Of a stretch of 22,002 nucleotides of DNA, positions 11,414 through 20,361 are shown piece by piece. The position numbers and the translations under genes are program-made. Position 1 is the stretch's first letter, and every line of letters starts with the position of its first letter. Location: contig MU006099.1 in NCBI GenBank assembly GCA_010093705.1, forward strand, positions 868,001 through 890,002, in the 5' to 3' direction. The notes beneath the pieces were generated by a model that saw only the letters and a program-made list of their open reading frames with translations, ran no database searches and was not told the DNA's origin. The DNA is from Patellaria atrata CBS 101060. Lineage: Eukaryota.

Positions 11414-13866
11414 CAGTGATGGCCGTGGATTGGACTCAGGTGGATCTGGATCGGATTTTGAACGCGAATTTGACGTGGATCTGGATTCGACTAATCGTGG
11501 ACGGATCTGGATTCGGCTCTCAAAAAGTCCAGTAGTTCCACGATCCATATTATAATTGTAGATATATAGAAATATGGTGTTGTAGGTGTTGTTTTGGGGT
11601 ATCTACACTGACGTAGGCCTGAGCATCAGCCATATGGTGCTCTCTGCTCGTGTTTTGACTGAAAATCTCCCAAACGAAATCTTCAAAAATCCTAAATCTC
11701 CTATATGCCATCTATCTCATCTCTAATTGATATGGAACGCGTTATTACTACTCGCTCGTCTGCCCGTACGGCCGTGCCATTGAAGAAGCTCAGAGAGGCA
11801 CAAGAAGAAGATGGGGAAGCTTCTCGGCCTACTAAAAAGCCCCGTCGTCAAAAGAAGGTGTCGAATACTCAGTATAGCCAGTCCACAGCCGAATCTTCAG
11901 CTGGAGAGCCGGAAAAAGCCCCGGCTGGTGATGCTCAGGGCGGTGACGAATCCTCCCATCGTATTTCTGAATATATCGAGTCTTCCGCATCAGACGACGA
12001 GGTTCCTGAAGGCGCTGTTCCACCCGAACGAATACAGATCCGTGGCAAGTGGTATTTAAAGGATTCGGGGGCTATAAAGATAGATCGGAGGGAGAAGAAG
12101 ACGTCGCATATCTGGTCAAAAGGCTATGAGATTATTAGTGAGGTGAATAAGAATTCGTATTTCTACTGTACGTTATACCTGCGTCGATTTTGTTCTACAG
12201 ACTCTCTATCCGACAATGACGAAAGTAGAGAGAGAGAGACGTCGGCTACGTTGCCTGGGCCATATTATTAATCTTTGTGCTCAGGCTTTTTTACTGGGCA
12301 AAGCTTCGGACGAAACTTTGGTGACTCTGAACTCAACTTATTCGCAACAAGATTTGGACAGCGACAACGCCATCTGGAGATGTTATGGAGCGGTTGGAAG
12401 GCTTTATAATATCGTCCGCTATATTCGCCTGACACCTCAGCGTCGTCAGGAGTTTAAAGAGATCAAAATAGGTGGTGAGTTGATGAAATACGACGATCTT
12501 GAGGTAAGTCAAAATCATCTGGTTCAAGATCCCGAAAATACTAAGTTTCCTTGGCTTCAACTAATGTCATTTTGTACTTCAGCTTATCCAGACCAACGCA
12601 ACGAGATGGAACTCTTATTTTACCTCGATCGGCCGTGCCCTTAACTGTCGAGAGCGTATCAATTAGGTACACGTTGAACCATGAGCCTAGACGTGGTGAC
12701 GGTGTTGGAAAAAGATCACCTCAGTAGACGCCATTGGGACACCCTAGAACGGATCTATACTATACTTCAGGTGTTTTACGAGGCGACTATGCTTAACGAA
12801 GGCAATAAGTCATCAATTTCGAACTGGTTTTCAACGCTTGACTACCTTCTTGATCGCCTGGACGATACGAAGCTCTACTTTCAAGAGTTAGTGGAGGAGT
12901 ATCCGGAAAACGAAGAGTATATCCATCTCCAAGCGGCTTGCTAGACGGCTTGGGAGAAATGCGAAAAGTACTATAGTATGGCTGATTCTGTTCCGGTATA
13001 TTATGCTGCTCAGTTTCTACAGCCCGGGCTTAAATGGTCATGGTTCAGCGATAAGATGGATGGTCATATTGAAAAGAAACACTGGCTTAGGGGGAATCCG
13101 AGAATAGCTGGAGATACGGGCATTCAAGGCAAAGTTCGACAGCTATATACTGACGAATATAAGGGTCGCTACAGCCAAATCGAAGTCCCTCCCCAATCCA
13201 CCCACCCCCGTAGGCACGGCGACGACTTTGGTGGCATATAAGCCCATTAGGCTGTTCGCAATCGATCATCACAAGCCATCGACTTCTTCGACGAATACTC
13301 AGCCCACGATACACGCGAAATCGAAGCTCTGATATACTGGAACGAACGCTACAAAAGCCAGCCGGATCTAGCCCGGATGGGCTTAGATATGGCTGCCCTT
13401 CCGTGTATGTCAGACGAGTGCGAGCGAGTATTTAGTCCAGCAAAACACCTCATCTCTGACGCCCGAAATCGCCTTCAAGCAGATATAATTGAAACATCTG
13501 AGTGCCTACGGAGCTGGTTTGGGCCACTCATAAGCGACGAGGCTAATCAGAGCAAAAAGAACGGTAGCAATACAATAGATAACACGGAAGATATAGTTAA
13601 AGAGGCATCTATTGACGAACAAGGCGACGGCAGTGAAGCCGAAACGGATATCAACTACACCTTAGAGGAGCCGTAGTAGTAGCAATATATTGTATTCGAC
13701 CATCTATAACACCACAGTTCTTTAAAATACTACCTATACAAGCCCCATCCATGCCTTAGACTCTACCGGAACGGATTCCCCATACAAAATATCGTGGATT
13801 TGATGGACTGGACTGGATCTGGATCAGAGGTCGATCCAGTCCAAATCCAATCCACGGCCATCACTG
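11414..13866 (+). mobile_element. hAT-family DNA transposon (Restless-like), non-autonomous, 2453 bp
   Basis: Perfect 21-bp TIRs CAGTGATGGCCGTGGATTGGA (11414-11434 / 13846-13866). 8-bp TSD CTACTCTC at 11406-11413 and 13867-13874. Subterminal TGGATCTGGA repeats at both ends. Confidence 0.95.
11705..13676 (+). pseudogene. hAT transposase pseudogene with internal deletion
   Basis: Start of a BED-finger-like region (SHIWSKG...FYCTL), then RLRCLGHIINL, intron 12504-12582, NATRWNS, and the C-terminal dimerisation region PDLARMGLDMAALPCMSDECERVFS...RNRL...ECLRSW. Several stops and frameshifts. Confidence 0.9.
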
Positions 13867-14429
13867 CTACTCTCCATCGTTGCGTACATGGCATAACACC
13901 TCAGAGCGTGTCTAATTCGCAAAAACGAAAGCTACAGCTATCTGAGCAGCAGGCACTCGTAGAATGGGTCCTAGATCTCGACTGACGCGGATTTCCGCCC
14001 CATATCATCGACGTACGACGAATGGCAGACTATTTACTCGCGGCACGCGGCCAGAATCATCCTCCCACACCCGTTGGTAAGAACTGGGTATGCCGATTTA
14101 TCAACAACCAGCCAGACCTACAGACAAAATGAAATAGGAAGTTCCATTCTCAACGCGCGAAACGCGAAGATCGAGACATATTTCGCGAGTGGTATGGGCG
14201 TGTAAACGAGACGCGCCAGAAGTATGGCATCCTAGACGAAGATAGTTACGACTTTGACGAGACTGGATTTATGATGGGTGTATCTGCGACATCAAAAGTC
14301 GTTACAAACTCTGATGCTATAGGCCGAGCAATTCTCATACAACCAGGCAATCGCGAATGGTCAACGGTGATTGAATGTGTTAATGCCACCGGGTGGGCAA
14401 TCCCGCCCTTCGTTATCCTTCCAGGAAAG

Positions 14430-15257
14430 TGTCAGACGGCTGATCTCCGATAGCCTTATGTTGGAAGATCGTCAGGATCTCTAGGAGTTCGTGTTGGAGA
14501 TTTTCAGAGCTAAGTGCTCGGCTCCGACTTATCGGTTAAGTATCACCAAAACTATAACATTACTCACTCTTTTGATGTCATCTCTTATTTTATATCTGAC
14601 GTAGGTAGTATCGTTATGTTCGCCTTGATTTGGAGATTACGTAGCTAGGCTTTGTGACGTCAAAGGGGTAATCAATGAGGTGGTCTGTTATTATATAAAC
14701 ACTAGATAGAATCCGTAGTTGGACGGAGAATCAAGCGACTACATTCAGTCAACAAACAAACAAAAACACCTAAACCCGCGAAGCGACGCAAGCTACCCCA
14801 ACACAGCAACAAATAAAACGACCAAGAGAACGAACGACAGACAACGACACACTCACGTAGACGCGACCGCCAAGGAAGGACACGAGGCAACGAAAAGGAG
14901 ACCAGGAGAAAACGAACAGCGAAGAGAGAGAGGGAGAACTGAATGTAGTCGCTTGATTCTCCGTACAACTACGGATTCTATCTAGTGTTTATATAATAAC
15001 AGACCACCTCATTGATTACCCCTTTGACGTCACAAAGCCTAGCTACGTAATCTCCAAATCAAGGCGAACATAACGATACTACCTACGTCAGATATAAAAT
15101 AAGAGATGACATCAAAAGAGTGAGTAATGTTATAGTTTTGGTGATACTTAACCGATAAGTCGGAGCCGAGCACTTAGCTCTGAAAATCTCCAACACGAAC
15201 TCCTAGAGATCCTGACGATCTTCCAACATAAGGCTATCGGAGATCAGCCGTCTGACA
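14430..15257. repeat. Long inverted repeat: two tail-to-tail LTRs (family B variant), arms 14430-14749 and 14938-15257, 188-bp loop
   Basis: The 320-bp arms differ at one position by my reading (14722). They share the 5' segment TGTCAGACGGCTGATCTCC...CAGAGCTAAGTGCTCGGCTCCGACTTAT and the 3' segment AATCAAGCGACTAYATTCAGT with LTR 17370-17737. TATATAAA at about 14692. No TSD (GAAAG / GCTTA). Confidence 0.92.
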
Positions 15258-15413
15258 GCTTACTGTGCTGAGTCCTCTTGGCGTCTACCAAGCCTTGATC
15301 ATACCGATCACTTTCTCTGGTCATGTGATCTGCGTCACTGTTCCTTTTCCAACGTTCTCCCGTCGTGCTCTCCCTGGCTACTTCCATGTTCGTAAGAGAT
15401 CTACTACGTCACA
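15258..15413 (-). mobile_element. Possible fragment of another LTR
   Basis: On the minus strand it starts TGTGACG, a common fungal LTR start, and abuts the inverted repeat. No second copy in the window. Confidence 0.2.
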
Positions 15414-15902
15414 TTATCCACCAGGACTTTACACTAACCGGTACTCAGCCCCCTTATTTGTAAATTGTAACCAAATAGGCCCCAAAATAATTTAACTTTA
15501 CTATAGAATTAATTTTGCATGAGAGTGAGCACTAACCAATCTGACCGCAATTGGTTGCAGTAAAGAGCATGAGGTAAGAGATTATCTTAACCTAATGGAG
15601 AATTAGGGCAACCGCAACAGGGATAGGAGGGCGGGAAGGAAGACCAGGGCATGGCACCAATGAGAAGGGTGGAAAGGCGGATTGGAGTCCCAATTCAGTA
15701 GTGTGGTATACGGTATCAGTTCACGTCGACTTCGTTAACCTTATCAAAGCTGACATCAACCTCCAAGCGGCACTACACGTTATATGCGATCTAGTAGGAC
15801 CTCGGAACTCCTCTAGACCTTTTCCGTTTATCAAATACCGTCCTATTGGCCATCACTACCCAAATTTTGCTTTTTCGAATCTCTATCAAATCCATTCTTC
15901 GC

Positions 15903-16940
15903 ATGACTACGGCGAAATTCGTCGCTATGCTATCATCGGTTACTGTTACGTTCTCTTCTCTAGTACCATTAGCATTTGCGCGATGTTATTGGCCAAATGG
16001 AGTGGAGTCTGATACAGATATACCTTGTGGAGGGCGGGATGCTGTGGTTTGCTGCCCCCCCCAGTGGGAATGTATATCAAATGGACTTTGCTACTATCCT
16101 AATGCAAACTACCTTGGGCGATATACCTGCACAGCTCAAAATTGGGATTTAGAGAATTGCCCTAACATCTGTACAGAGGGTACGTGACGTTTATTGTTTC
16201 GTATATTATCTATAGGACTCTATCTCCAAATCTCAAAACTAAATGTTTATTTAGATACTACAACCACAAACGGCACAAATAACGGAAATGAAGCAGTAAA
16301 CCTGTGTAGTGATGGACGATACTGTTGCAACGGTAATCGGTCGGGCAATGTCTGGTTAATAATCCCCATTCAAAAAAGCCCTCACTAACAAAGATACTTA
16401 CCTTAGTGCTGCGACGACGATGCCGACTTCTTTAATCTCCCTCAAGGAACCTCAACTGCATATATCAGCACTCTAGGCGGTCTGAATGGAGCTGGTCCAA
16501 CTTCTGGAGAGGATAGCCCATCCCCAGCACTGACCGCAAGCGCAACCCCATCTTCACAAATAGGTCCACAAACTAGCATTTCCAATCCCGATGTTGATTC
16601 AAAATCAAGTTCCCTAACAGCGGGCGAAATAGCCGCTATACCTAGTAGTATCTCTGCAGCTATCTTTCTAGCTGGTATTGGAATTTATATTATCCGACGT
16701 CGACACCTAAACCACCTTGCTAAAAAGCAGGACTCCAATGAGCTAGGGATACCAGAATTAGGCGTCAGTAGCAGTTACCTCCAGGAAATTGATGCAGTAG
16801 AACCTGGGACAAGAGAGATAGAAGTAGTGGAAAATCCTAGCTGGGAAGCTGGAGGACGAGCCTTAATCGCCGAACTAGAAACGCATGTTGAGAGAAGTGA
16901 ATTAGAAGGGGAGAAGCTAGATCAGATAGAATCTGGATAA
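15903..16940 (+). CDS. Cys-rich single-pass (type I) membrane protein, about 301 aa, 3 exons (15903-16179, 16255-16349, 16407-16940)
   Basis: Signal peptide ending ...VPLAFA. Ectodomain pattern CYWPNG..C..CC..CISNGLC..RYTCT..W..CPNIC..C..YCC..CC, then a Ser/Thr/Pro linker, a TM helix IAAIPSSISAAIFLAGIGIYII followed by RRR, and an acidic tail. Exons sum to 906 nt. The intron 2 donor (GTCTGG) is weak but the branch site CACTAAC is clear. Confidence 0.8.
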
Positions 16941-16941
16941 G

Positions 16942-17211
16942 TGTTGAAGTATAGGTCCCCTTTGTTAGACTGAAGATCTTGGTGGAAAGGATAATCAAGT
17001 ATATCTCCTACTGCCTTACGCTAGTTATTAGCATCATTCCTTTAACACAGCTGCCTAGTAGGTATCAACGCTGTTGCCTGCATGTTCTCAGTTGCCTAGT
17101 AGGTATAAACGCTGTTACCTGCATGTTCTCATGTATTTAAACGCTCTTTAGAACAGTCATTAAACAAGGGAGCGATTATCTTGATCAATTTCAGCACCCT
17201 TACGTCTGACA
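16942..17211 (+). mobile_element. Copia-type 5' LTR (family A), followed by PBS and a short leader truncated at 17369
   Basis: TGTTGAAG...TCTGACA ends. Near-identical inverted copy at 20362-20629 and a related copy at 21013-21221. Internal 41-bp tandem duplication (17050-17090, 17091-17131). Confidence 0.88.
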
Positions 17212-17224
17212 GTTATGAGCCCGG
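17212..17224 (+). promoter_or_regulatory. Primer-binding site, initiator tRNA-Met half-molecule type
   Basis: GTTATGAGCCCGG lies directly after the LTR CA end. It resembles the GGTTATG(A/G)GCCC PBS of copia/Ty5-like elements. Confidence 0.75.
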
Positions 17225-17369
17225 TTTGCACTAAGGCTTGAGTGCTTTCTGATCTATCTATTGGAATTTGATAACGTTTTAGACTGGTGGTGATATTTAT
17301 TACCCCTATTTGTCTACGATTTAATCAACTATCTCCGTTCTTTTTGATCTAAAGAAAGTCACAACTCTG

Positions 17370-17737
17370 TGTCAGACGGCTGATCTCCCAAGCCTTATGT
17401 TGGAGGTTTTCAGAGCTAAGTGCTCGGCTCCGACTTATAAGTTAAGTATTGTTAGATGGTGGCGCTGTTGGAGTATTGGTGCTATTGGCGACCATGGGTA
17501 CTGTTGAAGTATGGGTCCTTTGGTGGATCTATCAACTATCTGTCAGATGTCAACCACAGAGTAGCATGGAGCACGAAAAAGTCTCTCTTCAACAATTGTT
17601 TATTTCGTCCTCAACGGACTCCACTATTTCAACAGATATCTCAACGACTCTCAGTAGCTCTTTAGTATATATAGAAATTCCTTCGATAGATAGATAAAAA
17701 AATCAAGCGACTATATTCAGTTATCCACAATCTCACA
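17370..17737 (+). mobile_element. LTR (family B), 368 bp, no TSD
   Basis: TGTCAGA...TCTCACA ends and TATATATAGAA at about 17666. Near-identical inverted copy at 21638-22002. Flanks CTCTG / AAGAT differ. Confidence 0.85.
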
Positions 17738-17804
17738 AAGATGCGTGTTGAGGTTGATAGGGTGGCCATTTGAGTGGGGTGGCCACTTGAGTGGTGAAAC
17801 ACGG
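17738..17804 (-). mobile_element. Terminal fragment of a second Fot1/pogo-like element
   Basis: The minus strand reads TA|CCGTGTTTCACCACTCAAGTGGCCACCCCACTCAAATGGCCACCC-TATCAACCTCAACACGCATCTT. It is similar to but distinct from the end at 11198, including the sequence just inside the TIR. TA at 17805-17806. Confidence 0.65.
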
Positions 17805-17987
17805 TACTACCTTTTCTAGAACTTAGCTAATTAGTTTCTCAAACTTTTCACCCTAAACGTCTCTACTATTATCACCAGTTTAGGCATATATAAAACTCGA
17901 CTGATTAGCCTAAAGTCATCCTGCATCAAAGGGGGGAAAGACTATATTGCAATATATTGCTCTAACCCAGCGTCCCACAGATATATA

Positions 17988-18418
17988 GTGAAATGAGGGT
18001 CACGCAAAATGGCTAGCTATCAGATAGTTGGGGAACGGGATAAGTGCAGATCTCAAATAGCTGAAAATAAATTAGAAAATGTCAATTGGTTCTTCTAAGT
18101 TATACAATAGGGTCCAGTTCTCATACCTCAAATTTCGAGCCCGTTACTGACCTGATACACTGGTAGGTGGAATTTTGTGTAGTAGAGAGATGATATTTCT
18201 TAAACGTTTGTGTTTCGAAATATGTTAGATATAACCCTTACTGCCAAAACTCGGTATTACGGTCGGCCTTTTGCCGTAGTGTTATAATCTCACAAAATAG
18301 AGACTCGGTTCCGGTAAGCCGAGTATACCGGAAAACCCTTACTTACTGGGATCCCCGGTCTGACAATAAGTGAGATGGTTGGGGAGACAATACTATATGC
18401 TAAGCATAAGCACCCACT
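17988..18418 (+). repeat. Diverged dispersed repeat (partner at 20686-20790), split by a solo LTR
   Basis: GTGAAATGAGGGTCACGCAA..TGGCT..TATCAGAT.GTTGGGGA...GGATAAG and TGAGATGGTT...CAATACTATA...GCACCCACT are contiguous in the 20686 copy but separated by 18045-18365 here. Confidence 0.7.
18045..18365. mobile_element. Solo LTR (family C), 321 bp, with 5-bp TSD
   Basis: TGCAGA...TCTGACA ends, TSD ATAAG at 18040-18044 and 18366-18370. The homologous empty site (GGATAAGTGAGATGG) is present at about 20737. Probably minus orientation. Confidence 0.8.
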
Positions 18419-18512
18419 TTAATTAGCTGAAGATCAAACGGATTCAATCAACATATATACTCGGGTAGTAACTTTTAGTCCATAACTCAAAGGTACACCA
18501 TCTGTACACATC

Positions 18513-20261
18513 ATGTCTTCGGAAGACTGTTCAAAAGTTTTATTAATCCCTATAGTAAACACTATAGTGAGCGATATATATAGAAACACTAGTTCTAGCG
18601 CTACTAGATACGGAATACCGGTTTTTCTAGGCACACCTAGGCAGCAGGTTGTCTTACAGCCCCGTCCGTATGTATAGCTTTTTCTCTAGCTTTATGAACA
18701 GAAAGGTTGCTGATAATTTTTAAGGGATGTTAACGAAACTTGCATTTATAATGCAGAAACCAATTGTATCGATCAAGATATTAGTCTTGCAAAATGTATC
18801 TGGCTTCATGGAGGATTGTTTTTTCCTAACGCTTCTATAAGCTTCCAGCCGTCTACCAACGACGTCGATCAAGCGGAAGAATCTATGAAAGGGACCGATA
18901 CGCTAGGCTCGTTCGGCGTTCAGGGCGGTATCAATGATTTTCCAATTTCGATCATTAAAGAGCCAACATTTACTATGGGGCCAGCCCTTGGCATCGGTCC
19001 TTCCTCAACCATTCTTAAAACGCTACTCAATCGTGGTCTTATCGTCTCTAATACGTGGGGATACCGGGCAGGACTGGATACTACTTCAAATATAACCACA
19101 ATTTTCGGCGATTTAATCCTAGGTGGTTACGATTCTACGGTGTTTTTATCATCTTCTGGCTCTATAGATTTCCCGCTCCAGGTTAACTCAAAGTGTCCCA
19201 GTGGAATGATCGTCCCCTTATCAGGCCTGACAATAGACCTCATTGATGGGACAGAGCCAAGCCTCCTTGATGGACATGCACTGCAAGCTTGTCTATGTAT
19301 ACATTGCAAGTTTCTCATAGAAGTCCCCCGAGGTCCATATCTCCAGCGATTTGAAGAGTTGATCGGAGCGATAAGTATCGGAGATTCCCATGGCTACTAC
19401 GAAGGTACCGCTCTATTCCCCACAAACAACACGTATCTAGGTGGTTTCAAAATCGAGATATCGAATGAACTTATTCTGCAAATACCACATCATCTAGTCG
19501 TAGGGCCAGAAAGGATATTAGAAGATAAAGGGACGTTCAGCTTGAATAAGAATGTTAGTAATGTGTTAATAAAGGAGTCTAAGAGTGAGTCCAAGATGGT
19601 AGTTCTTGGCGAATTATTCTTCTCTTCAGTGTACTTATTAGTGGATTACGATCGGAGAATCTTCTCCTTGATCTCATTTTCAGACCATAATTCTCCTTTG
19701 ATTCCTGTGGCAATACTTCGAAGAGAAGATGGGATTGATGAATGTAGAGAACTCCTAGGGACTAGTTCAAGTACGGAGGGCGACATGCTAGTTACTGCGA
19801 CATCCATGAGTACCTCTCCATCCAGTGCAACGAATACATCATCCTCGGGATTAAATAAAACGAAAGTCCAAACCATGCCGCTTGGAGTAAGGATGAGCAT
19901 AGGTTTCGGTCTCACCCTTGCGTTCGTCTTGATCGGACTTACCATTCTCGCATGGCGAAAACGTAGATCGAGAAATATCGAGTCCGGGAAAGACCCTATA
20001 CCCGGCCTAATTCCCACTCAGGAGTTATACGGGGAAGTAACGCCAGAGGTACAAGGAGACATACATCTAACCCAAGAGATGGTAGGTAGTGGGGACTTGA
20101 TACTAGAGATGGCAGATAGAGGCGCTCTGGCACCGGAACTGGCAGAGAGACAAACGCCAATCCAGGAGAGACATGCGTCCTCTTCTACATCAGCAACACA
20201 GCACGAGCTTGCGGGAAAGTTGAATATAGTATACGAACTTCCGCCGGGTGGAAGAAGCTAG
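18513..20261 (+). CDS. Pepsin-like (A1 aspartic peptidase fold) single-pass membrane protein, probably non-catalytic, about 563 aa, exons 18513-18667 and 18725-20261
   Basis: Motifs YGIPVFLGTPRQQV, C...HGGLFFPNASISF, GTDTL, LGIGPSSTIL, GDLILGGYD and VLGELFFSSVYLLVDYDRRIFSL. Then a Ser/Thr linker, a TM helix IGFGLTLAFVLIGLTILAW and RKRR. Intron GTATGT...TAAG keeps the frame. No DTG/DSG motifs. Start codon uncertain. Confidence 0.78.
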
Positions 20262-20295
20262 AAATCTGTTCTGTAGAGTTCAAATAGCGGGTAAG

Positions 20296-20329
20296 TGTGA
20301 GATTGTGGATAACTAAATATAGTCGCTTG
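20296..20329 (-). mobile_element. 34-bp 3'-terminal fragment of a family B LTR
   Basis: TGTGAGATTGTGGATAACTAAATATAGTCGCTTG is the reverse complement of 17704-17737 with one mismatch. Confidence 0.8.
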
Positions 20330-20361
20330 TATCGTACCTGACTGTCACGGTGGTCTGCAGC

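Larger units (their letters stand above)
11198..14429 (+). mobile_element. Fot1/pogo-type (Tc1/mariner superfamily) DNA transposon, 5' part only, interrupted by a hAT element and truncated at an LTR
   Basis: TA at 11196-11197 is followed by a terminal sequence ACGTGCATCACCAGTCAGTGGTACACACCACTCAGTGGGACACCCC with an internal direct repeat typical of Fot1-like TIRs. A transposase relic follows. No matching right end in the window. Confidence 0.85.
11279..14429 (+). pseudogene. Fot1/pogo transposase pseudogene (11279-11413 joined to 13875-14429)
   Basis: Removing the hAT and one TSD copy restores one frame: ...KAAGLYDVLKSTL|HRCVHG...EQQALVEWVLDLD*RGFPP...GKNWVCRF...YDFDETGFMMG...QPGNREWSTVIECVNATGWAIPPFVILPGK (HTH, CENP-B-type HTH, start of the DDE domain). 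Stops at 11312, 13983 and 14130. Confidence 0.9.

Noticed and set aside
14750..14937. Loop as evidence of a programmed invertible switch or a real T-less functional RNA
   Set aside because: Arms longer than the read or k-mer length create orientation ambiguity without any real inversion, and no recombinase gene is present.
14702..14985. Two mirror 88-aa ORFs across the hairpin loop
   Set aside because: They are open only because the artefactual loop lacks T and the arms are symmetric.
17370..17547. CRISPR array
   Set aside because: The repeat is only a degenerate 7-mer, spacing is irregular, the context is eukaryotic and there are no cas genes.
17449..17697. ORFs of 82 and 69 aa and their twins at 21612-21923
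   Set aside because: They lie wholly within LTRs, use non-ATG starts and are duplicated only because the LTR is.
17738..17804. Right TIR of the pogo element at 11198, making a 6.6-kb gene-carrying transposon
   Set aside because: It is too divergent from the 11198 end, and the sequence inside it resembles a 5' end. A separate element is more likely.
16942..18365. One composite element with ATAAG TSD (16937-16941 / 18366-18370)
   Set aside because: The empty-site homologue near 20737 shows that the 18366 ATAAG pairs with 18040-18044.
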